NCBI GenBank assembly: GCA_002189035.1 | Contig: CM007989.1 | Location: 3,658,001 to 3,722,000, forward strand | Direction: 5' to 3' | Origin: Utricularia gibba | Taxonomy: Eukaryota > Plantae > Magnoliophyta | DNA length: 64,000 nt | Shown here: positions 15,273-27,174 of the stretch, piece after piece | How positions within the stretch are numbered: the first letter of the stretch is position 1 | How the letters are laid out: the number at the start of each line of letters is the position of its first letter | Position numbers and translations under genes: made by a program | Notes under the pieces: model-generated | Database searches by the model: none | Told to the model about the DNA's origin: nothing | Seen by the model: only the letters and a program-made list of their open reading frames with translations

Positions 15273-18200
15273 TCAGCAATAGAACATCACCCTCTTGACG
15301 TTATCGCGAAGCGGAGGCAGGGCTCTCACAGCAGGAGCACCACCGGAGCCCGAGCCCCGTGTGCTTCGTGCGCCAACACCACCAGCACCACGTCCAGCAG
15401 CCGCACTGGACATGGAGCCACTGTCAGAGGTTTCAGGCTCCATGTAGAAGCGAGCGCGGAATGCAGCAAGGTGGGCATAGTACGCAGGAGGCACTGCAAT
15501 CAAAGCCACAAAGATTTCATCGTACGCACAAACACATGCAAGAGGCGTGGATGTTGTCTACAAGTTGATACATACCAATGGAAACGGAGCGGGTACACCT
15601 TGCGTAGCTGTAGACCAAAATTTAATGAAATTAAGAGTGAATGACAGCAACGATTGCACATTGTATAATAGGAACAAATCTCACGTGTAACAGAGGTTGT
15701 TAGTCAACGTCTGCAGAGCATCGGCCGAGAACTTGTTTTCATCCCACAAAACATGATAATGTGCGGGGCGGCTAGTACCCTGTTATTGAAAAGTGAAACT
15801 ATCTCAGCTATTGAGTTATTCCAAATAAACACACAATAATTAAAAAAGAAAACACGCTTTACCTGTATCCCAGCATGGCTGCAAAGGTAGAAATCGAACT
15901 CAGTAGGATGGCAGATCTTGGAGTCCACAACAGTACCTGAATGGTTTTAAATGCCACAGGTATGTTAACAGTCACTAAATCGGGGTAAACAAAACAAGAA
16001 TGGCGTAGTGAAGCATACCAGGTAAAATATTCCCACTCTTGTCAACTGATCGTCTATCGTTGTGGTTGCTTGCAAAAAGGCGAGTATGGTGGCGCTTCTG
16101 AACCACAACAAACGTAACAGTGGGCTGGTAGTTTGATTCAAGCGATGCACAGGCCTGAGGTTGGATGTAACCGAAGTCACTCGAATGACCTACTTATATT
16201 GAAGCTTAAGGAGCAATGAACAACTCACCTTTCGTATGGCATCAAGTTCATGGAGTAAAACTTGATAAAACTGCCCTTCACTAACACCATCCCTGAAGGA
16301 GCGTAACATGGCAAAAAATTATATGGTATGCCAACATTCCAGCCTTGTGATGTTAAATCTCTAAAGCTATTACCGATAAAATATAATTCTCTGAGGCTTC
16401 TGCCCAGTAGCTTTACGGAAGGATATAAGTAGTTCCCTGCCAATGCACCAAAAAGTCAATATTAAAGTCCAAGAATATGCATTGAGCATTCAAATTTGCT
16501 AAAAAAATTAAATGCATACTTTATCATGCCGCCATGCACTAATCCCTTGACAGGATCCTGCCATGTCTTGTACAGGTCTTGTATGAGCTCTTGCCTGTGT
16601 GCCTGGGCTGACACTAAACCCGCATACTTCGTAACTTCAGGCCAATCTTGAGATGCAACCACCTTATAAGAGGAAGGAGTGAAGCATAAGAAACTACAAA
16701 AGTTCACTTAAAAACTGTAAATTTTCAACATACTGCTGCAATCGACGGACTAGAATCTTCCCCAGGATGTGGATGTGTAACATCAGCACCAAAAATGATA
16801 GTTGGGCGTTCACTGACAATAGGTATGCGCAGTGAAAGTGCATCTCGAAGAACCGTGTTCCTTCCTCCAACCTTTACATTTATCTTCAATGACACATTGG
16901 CTAGGTACTGTTTGTTCAGCTTGAAAACATGCTTCTGAAGACAACATTGTGAAACAATGCCAAGATCTGTTTCACAAATCCGCTTCAAATCACCTGTGGA
17001 AATCAGCTGAGTTACACACACCTTCAAAAAATTGTGTTTCAGAAAAAATAGCTACCATATAGGGACCCATTGTTGTCAGGAAGCAGTACAATCAGCAAGT
17101 CAAGCTCCTTTCTCTCAGGTGGCAACCTTTGCATTGCGTCATGGTATCTTGCCTTGAGAACTTTCTCGAGTTGATCAGGTTTTGCGGAGATAACAGGGAC
17201 AATTGGATCAGGATTAAAATCCTGCATGCAAAAACTGCATTTTCACCTCGAAAAGTAAATACAAACCAAACACAAAATTTGCATACCATTCCAGACGTAA
17301 TGCACATTTGGACAAGTTCGCGGCAGAAATTGCGTGCAGCAATGTCTTGAATATTCCTTGCGAAGTTAATGCATGTCCAAGAATTTACTGTGCCACCATT
17401 TACCACCCTCTACATAATGCCATCACATCAAAAAATCAGCAAACGTGATAGTAATAAAGAGCGCCATGCAAACAGGAACTGATGCAACATATGCGAAGCA
17501 CCTTGTTCATCATATTCCACTGCCCCACCACTGGAAGACAGTCTTTTTCTCGACCAGAATCATGATACTTTAGCTGCAAAAGAAATAAATAAATCAGAAA
17601 GAGAAATCTAGACAAGTCAAAACTGATTTTATACTTACCCACGGAGGAGGCAAAACACGAGCCTCAACTTGGGCCAAATTTGGACTAATTTTTATTCCAA
17701 ATTCCACAGCATACGGGTCGTTATCATAAGAATTGTGCTTTACAGTCTGTTAAAAACTTATAAAATACCATCAGAACAATTCCATTAATTGAAGGTGATT
17801 CCATATGTATGCAACTATAATAAAGGCAACTAACATCATGTATGTCTTTCTCCCTTTCATGGGGACGTTGGCAGGTGACCTTTAACAAGGCAGTGATCTG
17901 TTTTTCATTTAACCTTTTGGAGTATCGCTGCCCTTGAACGATCTTGCAAACCTAGTATAACAAAAACACAACAGTGAACAAGAGCACAATGCATTTTCAT
18001 CAGACTACGGGATCACAAACCTCCATTGGAAGATAATTAGGCCTCTGAGTGTTGCCAACTTGAAGACACGGCCACTGTGTATGCTGAATAACAAAGCCAT
18101 ATGTCTCACGGAAGTATTCAACCACAGACTTCATAGTTCCTCTTTCATCAACACGAAACCTTGACATCAAAAAGAATTCCATGAACGCAGGTAACTGGTT

Positions 18201-20005
18201 AAGATTGAAAAAAAAAGGGCTCTAATATAATAGTTCGCACAAAATTCGTAACATAATTGACCAAAAAGCATGTGCCCACCTCTGCATGGAAGCAAAAACT
18301 TTCGACAAATTGGTCCCAGATATCTAATCAATTTTTTCGGTAATCAAATTGGTCCAAGAGATCTAAGATAATCAAAAGCTTACGTTAATTCTCGTGTTGC
18401 CTGAGATGTTAAGCCAGAAATGCGGTACTTCCTCCGCATATTCCCCCGGTGGGTAACTTCAACTTTAATGCCTCTTAGAGCCTTTTTGATCTGAAAAAAA
18501 AAAAAATCAAATGAGTATCACCCAGTTCTATCCAACTGTGAATTTCGATATCAAAATAAGAATGGACTCATCTTTTCTGACCTTAACACGATCAGCATCA
18601 GACAAAGGTCTACCTGACACATCCCTATTCAGCAACTTTGCAACAAAATCAATCACTGGAAGTGGTTCAATAAAAGCAGTGGACGACATATCTGTCAAGG
18701 AAAAGGAGATGGATGATAACTTGAAAATTCAGAAAACCAACAATCATATTACAAACGACTGGAGATGCTGAACTCACCTATATTCAATGACAAACCCATC
18801 TGTGTGGGTCGGATACTTTGATAAAAACCACGCCAACTTTCAAGTCCATCCCCCAAAGGCTGCCTTGTACCCAAATCCGGGGAATAAAAAGATCGTCCGA
18901 CTGGACAGTAGCTGGGACTGAAATGATCATGAGTCATTTTAAATAGTCTGTAATTACTAATTTCAGTTATTTAAACCATACCGTTTGGTGGGGAGTTCGC
19001 GTAAAACAATATCCAAGACCTGCAAAGCCTCCTGGGGTGCATCTGCTTGTCTTCCTTGTAAAAACATTGCCAGATGGTGCAAGTCTGCACGCGCTGCAAA
19101 CTTGATCACCACCTTGAAATCTCTCTCCCTCCTGCATTCAAGATTTGAGGTACACGGATATCATGAGACGAGATGGAATATGATTAAAAACAAGTGAAAA
19201 TATGTAAATTAAAAAGGACAAAGACCTGACACCGCCTTGGCCATCATCTTCATCGACAAGGGTGATCTTGAATTCCTTTAAAATAAAGGGCAGTGGCCCT
19301 GCAGTATACAGACTCTTCCTTCCATCATATGCAGGAAGCCTCTTTCCCAGGTGAGAATCCTTGTAAAGCTTCACCAGTTGCTGAATGACAGCTCGATTCA
19401 CTCCACGTGATGTCACCTCAGGCGTAATTGTGACCTGAAAACAAGTTAGCCGTGCTCGACGTTACACTACTAATGTAGTCGACAAGAGAGAGTGTAAAAT
19501 ATAAACAACTTACATCATACTGATGAAAATCCTTATCAGGCAACTCGGCAAAAAAGTGGTTGGCCTTCACCATGCATCTAATACCATCGACACCCTTACC
19601 CGGCCTTGGGGGGAATCTAATGGACTTGCTTGAAGCAGGCTGCATCTGTTGCTGCAGTTTACTTTGATGTGTCGGATCCGCCAACTCAACAGAAACGGGT
19701 CCAGTGTCCCGAGAAGAACTTGCCTCTCCATATGTTTTATGTTCAACTACAGGTTTGTAAGCGGACTGTGTAGCTTGGTGCAGGTCCGGAGCCGCTGGTC
19801 TAGATGACCCACCAGCAACCTGGTACTGCTGAGCAGGCGCCCCCCGTCCACCTCCGCCATAGCCTCGTGGAGGGCCCCGGCCTCGCCCACCATATGGTGG
19901 CTGCTGGAATGGAGGGCGCTGACTGCCACCCCGCCCACCGCTAGCTTCCTGAGGCTCGGATCCCTCACTGCTTCCAGGTAGGTCGGTTCTTCGCTTCCTC
20001 ACCAT
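15273..20005 (-). CDS. AGO1: Argonaute 1 (multi-exon, slicer-competent)
   Basis: Starts MVRKRRTD with a Gly/Arg-rich N-terminus. Motifs [40 protein letters not shown]; PIWI catalytic D ([10 protein letters not shown]), D (RDGVSEGQF) and H ([16 protein letters not shown]); ends VKRVMFYC*. Contains a miR168 site. Confidence 0.98.
19771..19791 (-). promoter_or_regulatory. miR168 target site in AGO1 coding sequence
   Basis: The plus strand TAGCTTGGTGCAGGTCCGGAG compared with miR168 UCGCUUGGUGCAGGUCGGGAA differs only at miRNA positions 2, 17 and 21. Confidence 0.93.
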
Positions 20006-20322
20006 TGCTCCTCTGCAACTAAAAAGGAAAAAAAAAAAAAAACAAATCCAATTCAAAGTGCATACACTATCATTAAACAAGAGATATACAGAATCCCCGT
20101 TCCAATTCAAACACGATCGCACAAAAAACCCAGCACAGAAGTTCTCAACGTGAAAAACAGTAACTTCAGTGCACATCCACCATTCCGGGCTACAAATTTC
20201 AAATCAAGCCGAGAAACCAAAACCACAGCACAAGCGCAAACAACAACCATTAGATCTGGAATCAAGTTGACGCGAATCTGAAACAATCTACCTTCCGCCA
20301 CCAAAGCTCTAATCCTCTGTCA

Positions 20323-21065
20323 AAACCCTAGTCAAGAGGGAACTGCAGCCATAAGGAAAATAAAAAACTGACTTCCAATATCGTAAAAAGTAGGATATAA
20401 CCAAGACGGAGAGGGGGTATACTTTTATAATGCGCCTTTAAAGTACACAAAATAACAAAAATGCCACAGCGTGTGCTCCCATGAAAAGACAACTCAGTCC
20501 CTTTCCATGTTTTGGGTAAATTACACTTTCTACCTTTCAAAACCACATATTACACTTTCAGTCCTGTCCTCTTTCGACGCCTTCAACCAGCGCAAGCACA
20601 CGCTCATCCACTCTTCTATACAATCCACGCTTTTCTCATCTCCAAAGACAACATCTCCTCTGTGTGGCAGTGGGAGGATCCTCAACAGTTGACAGGGAAT
20701 CCGCTTTCTGGACGTTGTTATTTTTGAAGGAAAAGAGGTGCGACAGAATGGGCAGTTGCAGGAATTACGCAAGAAGGGCGGGGCCTATGCGTAATAAATA
20801 AAAAAGTTCCGTGGAGCGCATTGGGCACAGTGAGGGGGACTTGACCCACATGATTGTCCACTACCGGTCTCGATTCGTGCAGACCGGAGGAAATGGAGCG
20901 GGCAGGGGCAGCCGCGGATGCCCGTTCCGTGAGGGCACGCGCCACGGGACGAGGCCACGTTGCCACGCGCTAGCTGTGCGCGTGAGGGTTGGTGGGCGTG
21001 GCGTGAATGACGGGTCAGATCCCTCTCTGGATTTACTGCCGCAGACCTTGTAATAATAAACCCTA
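20323..21065. promoter_or_regulatory. Telo-boxes (AAACCCTA) at 20323-20330 and 21058-21065 in the AGO1/DHHA1 divergent promoter
   Basis: Exact AAACCCTA matches. AGO1 also has a 5'UTR intron (donor near 20291, acceptor near 20015). Confidence 0.5.
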
Positions 21066-21793
21066 TTTTATCCGCTGGGCCCCCTCTTTGTAATAAAATC
21101 CACTCCCTTGCCTTGCTTTTGCTGAGGACGACGGAGGAAGTTGTTTGTGGTATGGAATTGGAAGCGAACGGCAAGACGGTGGAAGCGAGTCGCACTGACA
21201 CGCCGGGCGTATCCATAAATGAATTGGGGGAAATTGGCGCCGTGTCGCGATCCGCGTTGGGAGGGAAAGGTGTTGTAGAACCCTAGTAGACATATCTTAT
21301 CTGCAAGAGAGCCGCGTCGCGCTCCGTGTCGCGCTGGGAAGTAAATTGGCCCTCGAAGGGGTCCCTTCTGCAATGTGAATTTCGTTGGCCCATCGGGACC
21401 ATTTCCGGTCGAGCTTGGAAGCCACAGACCTTCACTCTCAGGCATGGCTGTAATTACAGTGCTGTCGGAGCGCACCGGATTCCGCTTACACTCAAGATCA
21501 AGAGTTTTTTGTATAAATTATATGGCATTTTGAGATTTAATATTGTTTATTTTAAAATGAGATGAATGTGGGTAATTTAGGGTTTTTAAAATTGGGTATA
21601 AAAATATCTTTTTTATTTAAAATTTGGAATGTAAATGGGTATGATAAATAAACGAAATTATTATTGTGGTGATTTTTGGGAATGGATAAATAAGGGATTT
21701 GGTGCGAGTAGTTTTTATTTAATATTTTTGGGTTTTGTTATTTGAGTTTTTAATTCCATATTTATTGACATTTAATTTTTTGGGCATTTGCAG

Positions 21794-24128
21794 GTACAGC
21801 GTAATGATGTCCGCGGTAGCTCGCTGCTGCCGGCGGCCGGGAAAAGGTGTGCGGTGCTGTATCACTATCCGTGCCCCGACGGCGCGTTCGCGCACTTGCG
21901 GCGCATCTATATTTCTCCAGTTTGCGGAGCTCCGCGGCACCACCTCCGATGTTCATTCCGAACACTGTATATTCTCCCCTGAGGTCCCCCTTCTTCCCAT
22001 ACTTGAAAACTGCACAAATCTGCTTCCTTTTTCTTTGCTCGTCCGTGATTTACGGTGCTTTTTTGTGTTTGCAGAACTGAGGATTTACCGCTCGACCAAC
22101 TCGGCAGCGTTTACCTCCTGGATTTCGTGGGCCCTCCTGGGTTCATCCAGCAGCTGTCCCCTAAAGTTGGAAGGCAATTAATTATTGATGTTCCCCAATT
22201 ATTCTGCTCTTAAAGATTATTGGTTGGCTTCATTAATGGTTGTTGATATTGAGACCGATTCCGAAAATGAGAGTTGTTTTGGTGAATTGTGAAATTTATG
22301 GACCCAAACAATGGAAACCTTGTTGTGAAAGATGCCCGGTGTCAGTTTTCTTGATTTGGGATTCACTGATGGTTTGTTTAGACTAATCCTGGGGGTTTAT
22401 GCGAGACTTTATTTGGATTCCCACCAGCTTAAGGAAAGAGAACACCGTGACACGTGTTTTAGTGGAAAGATCATACTTTTTTCTTTACATCCTTTTGTTT
22501 GTTATTAAAGTCAAGGTACTGGACCTAAATCTGATAGGGGAATGGTGTATTTTTATAATAAGCTTATGGCTTCCTTCCCCCTGCATGTGTATCTTATCGT
22601 TTTTTTCTCGATTGGATCGCAGGGTTGTGGTCCTTGATCATCACAAAACTGCACTAGAAATGTTGGGATCAGGGATAGAAAGTAGTGGCAATATTACCAA
22701 AGTTATAGATATGGGGAGGAGTGGAGCCACCATCGCTTTTGACTATTTCAAGCGCAAACTCCTTGGTGGGAATTTGAACGGTGATAAAAATGTTGCCTTT
22801 GAGGAATTTCAAAGAGTACGGAGGCTTTTTGAATATATTGAGGATGCAGATTTGTGGAGGTGGAAACTTCCTAATAGCAAGGCATTCAGCTTGGGACTGA
22901 AGTATTTGAACATTGAATTTGATGTGACATCAAATCCATTCTTGTTCCAGCAGGTAACTCGTCGGTGAATCTCGGAGATACATGAAAATGCTATCGTTAG
23001 GAAATACTGCCCCTAGCACTGAAACATCAGATTTGGACTTCGTATGTTTTCCTGTTGAATAATGTATGACATTGCGTACGACTGAGTCTCAAAAGAATTG
23101 TCCCTTCATCATATGATGTGCAATCATCATCTTATGAGCCTGCATGTTAAGAAGGATTGGTCAGGGAAAAACTATATTCCATAGCCAGACAACATCAATC
23201 ATGCTCAGCGTATCATTAGTGGCTTGTAGTTAAAGTTGTATACTTTATAGAATGAGAATGCACCAATTTAGGTGAAGAAAATTCTCGATTTCACTGTGTT
23301 TGGTTTGGGAAATAAATGTTAGAATTTTGGTTATAAACAAGGAGCAATTCCTTTTTGTAAATTCTTACAGAAGCTCCTGTCTTGCATAGGAAAAGAACTT
23401 CAATGAATTTATTACATATGTGGAAAACCCTGCTAGTATGCTGTAAACAACCTGTATTGTTTTTTTTCTTCAGCTGCTCTCGCTTGACATCGAAACAGTC
23501 ATAAGCCAGGGCATGTCAAGCTTTGATCGCTATCACAGAATCATCAGTGAAGCTCTTGAGACATCCTATGCGATTAGTCTTGGTGGTGGAGTTTTTGGTC
23601 ATTGCCTGGTAAACTATTGATGACAAAAAATCATGTTTTCTTGTACATCTCAGGCAGTTGAGTTGCATTTCATGATCTTCATTTTATTGTGGATTCAGGC
23701 TGTTGAAGTTGATGCTTCTGTCTCTGAGTTGAAAAGCGAGATTGGCAATCAGCTGGCCGCTAAGAGCCTCGAAAAGAACTTGAGGTTTTCACTTTTTATG
23801 TGTATCATCATGTTTACTTGTTTCCGGTTTTTAAACATAGTTTCAACGTCATTATAGAGGAATGGGAGCTGTTGTTTACCGAGTACCACAGCTTCAATGT
23901 GATGGAATGCTGAAAGTCAGCCTCAGGAGTTTAGGCACAGAGGATACCACCACCATATCTCAGGTACGTTCTGCTAATAAAATTTGTTGTGCCCATCTAC
24001 CATACCTCATTTGATGTTTAATGCAGAAATACGGAGGTGGGGGTCATCAGAAGGCTAGTTCATTCATGATAAATGATGAAGAGTTTCAGAAGTGGAAGGT
24101 CTGCACAAATGACTCGACCTTGATTTAA
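21794..24128 (+). CDS. DHH/DHHA1-family phosphoesterase-like protein (uncharacterised plant family); start codon unresolved; one apparent -1 G error at 21892
   Basis: AVLYHYPCPDGAF[A]ALAAHLYF, YLLDFVGP, VVVLDHHKTA, RSGATIAFDYF, YIEDADLWRWKLPNSKAF, KVSLRS, YGGGGHQKASSF. The start coordinate given is the first base after an acceptor at 21793, so an upstream exon is likely. Confidence 0.85.
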
Positions 24129-24608
24129 GATGCAGTCTGGCTCTATCCTTATTTTTGTGTCTGTATTTCATTATTGCTGGTTGATGATAGTTAATTTTTC
24201 AATAAAGAGATTCATTCGCTCAGAGCCATGGACCCCCACCCACAAAGTCGCATGGCAGAAGAACTGCAGTTGTTCCTGATCTGATCTCATGTTTAGTGGG
24301 GGCTGGGGCCTCATGTTGAGGACAAGAAAAGTGATTAGTCTGTGTCCTGTTGCGCCTTTTGGAAATGATCTCAATTTATGTGATAGATTCCAAAGAACAA
24401 ACAGGAATTCCCAAAAGAGAAGGCTCCAATAGTGAAGGGCTTATTACAATGATCCAAACATCACAAAGACATTCCATGGTGAGGGTAAAAACCAAATCTT
24501 TTATAGAGTAGCATCGTAAACTGGCTGCATCAGCCAAAAGTAATAGAACAGAAAGGGAAAGAAAAAAAGATAAAGAAAGCTAAGTACAGTTGAGAATTCC
24601 TTGTGCTT

Positions 24609-26561
24609 TTAGTTTATGAAATTCAGCTGAGAGACCTCTTCACCACACCAGACATCATCTGTGATGAACTGCATCCATGATTCATCTTTGTTCTCGTCTC
24701 TATCTTCTTCCTCTATGTTGCATATCGTGGATGATGATGCTAAGGGAAAGTCTGGAGACTGCGTCTCATGCTCTGTTGGGTACATTGGCCCTTGCATGTA
24801 GTCAAGAAACGACAGGTCCCTGGACAGCCCTTGCTCTTCTACTTCTGAGATCAAAACATTTTTCTTGAAAACGCGGCACAATGCATATGAATCCTGCAAG
24901 ACGAATTTTATACATGCAACGTCACATTAACTTCAGTGCTTCAGACAAATGATATCCATATCAACATATGTAAAACCAAAAACAAGGTTCTGTGATGTTG
25001 GCTTGTGGGGAGGGCTGCGGGAGAATAAAGTGAAAAGTTGGCCGACAGGGCACCTTCTTACAAAAACGAAAGTGGGGTAATGTAACTTTTGGAAATAAAC
25101 AAAAATAATTTCCTTATAAAGAGAGCATGATTCCTACAAGATCAGGGGAATATGATGAGCACAAAAGCAAAAGGACGCAACGTGTTGATGATTGGGCGGG
25201 GATGCATGATAAGATCAGGTGTAGCCTTACGAAAGAATTGCACTTTTGTCTCAACCCCCTCCCTACCCCCCCTGAAAGACAAAGTGACACCAAACCATGT
25301 CACTCAAGAGATCTGTGTGTGATGCCTCTGCAAGAAAAGAATCACATAAAACTCATATTTGCTGTTTCCTATGTCTATATTCGTAGACATATTCAAGAAA
25401 AAATTGTGAAAGTTCTTACAACATTTAAATGTGTAATCTCAGTGATCATGCACGAATGAGCAATGCCATGCAGATCATGATGAAAATAAAAATTCCTGCA
25501 GATGATGACAAGAATAAAGTACACAGGGACAGACATGTGGGCTTGTGGTTTTGAGGCAGGAAGACACGACTGCACATGGATAAAAGCTAAGGCATGATGT
25601 TCTTTTGTATCTGCACTTCTATGAAAGTGAAAAGAGGTAGAAAAAATAGAGAAACAAATGCTTTTTTTCTCACTGTGAATCAGGGGCTGGAAATCAGTGC
25701 TTTTAAGGTCAAATGGTGACATTGTAAGAGTTATCATAACCATGGAGAAACATAAAGCGGAGGGAAAGGAAGAGGTGAAGATAACAATTTCTATGACGAA
25801 GACGCAAGGTTTCTGAGTTTCATGTTTTTCATGGACTCCTTTTATTTGTTTGAAATTGCTTTACCATAGTGGTGGTTAAACCATACGAGCTACCTGGATT
25901 CCAGAGGCCTCTTCCATGTCCTTATCGTCAAGACGATACTCGTGCATCACCCAATCAGTCCTTATTCCCTGTGGTGCTCTTCCTCTATAATAAACAAGAG
26001 TTTTCTTCATGCCAACAGACCTGTTTTGGCTAGTCACTCTCCTGTCCTTCCCTGTAGATTTCCAATATCCTGCTCGAGTGGCACGGTTCGTACGGAACCC
26101 ATTTGGGTACTTCCGGTCTCTAGGCCCAAAAAAGTACCACTCCGGATCTCTACTAGGCAAGAAAGATTTCTCTTCAAGAAAAAAGTACATAAGAATCAGT
26201 TGATGAATTGCCTTGACACTGAAAACAAACCTTAGCTAGCATGTCGAATGCACATATCCAGCAATGAATTTTCTAGTTTTTCTCTATCCAACGTTGCTTA
26301 TATCATCCCTAACATGCATAATATACATTCCATTACATCATAACAGCATAAGACTGGTATGTTTTTTCATGGAAGCAAGAGGAAAAAAAATTTCTTCTAC
26401 TCACCAGCTAAATCCCAAGGCTCACATTTGTAAAGATCAACTTCAGGTATAATATCAAGCTCAATTTCTAGTCCATGGATTTTCCTTTTGAGATAGTAGT
26501 TCACCAGCTCTTCATCAGTGGGGTGGAACCTGAAACCGGGAGGTAGTCCGACTGGAGCCAT
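24609..26561 (-). CDS. NAC057: NAC domain transcription factor, ANAC057/071/086 group (3 exons)
   Basis: [28 protein letters not shown]...CEPWDLA | [32 protein letters not shown]...[10 protein letters not shown] | [11 protein letters not shown], followed by an acidic C-terminus. Confidence 0.92.
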
Positions 26562-27174
26562 GATCACGAGCAACGTCTGCTGTGCAGCATCTCAACTACT
26601 AAGAACAGAAGAAAGAAAACCAGACCAGTTTTGAGCCATTGATCCGAAGGTGTACTTATACCAAGGGATCCCCTTGAGACCATTTAAACTTTTTTTCTTT
26701 TTTAGATTCTGAGAAGCGTTTCCTGAAAGCCCCTTGTCTCAATACGAATGAAAAAAGGAAAATGAGATCACAATTCCATAAACTTGCAGATAATTAGTCT
26801 TCACTGTTTATCAGCTTCAATAGAACTCTACTTTCACATGATGACACTCAGTGTTTGCTTTATTGACTTTCACCAATCAAACTCAAAAGACATTAACAGT
26901 GGCAAGAATTTACAAAGACCATTCTTAAGCATTGTTGTTGCATTTGAAAAATAAACTGCAGTAAGTGAGCTGGCTCCATCTAAATAGTCCACTTTCCACG
27001 CCACTCACATTGAAAAATCGCATTGTGATTACAATACAACATTACATTAAAGACTTTCATAGAAAGTCACGCATGCTATTGCTGCCCTCATTTATTACAT
27101 TTTAAAAGCATAACACGTCCTTGTGGTTTTCCATTTACTACATACATTGTATTAATATGTAAACAGAAGAAAGG

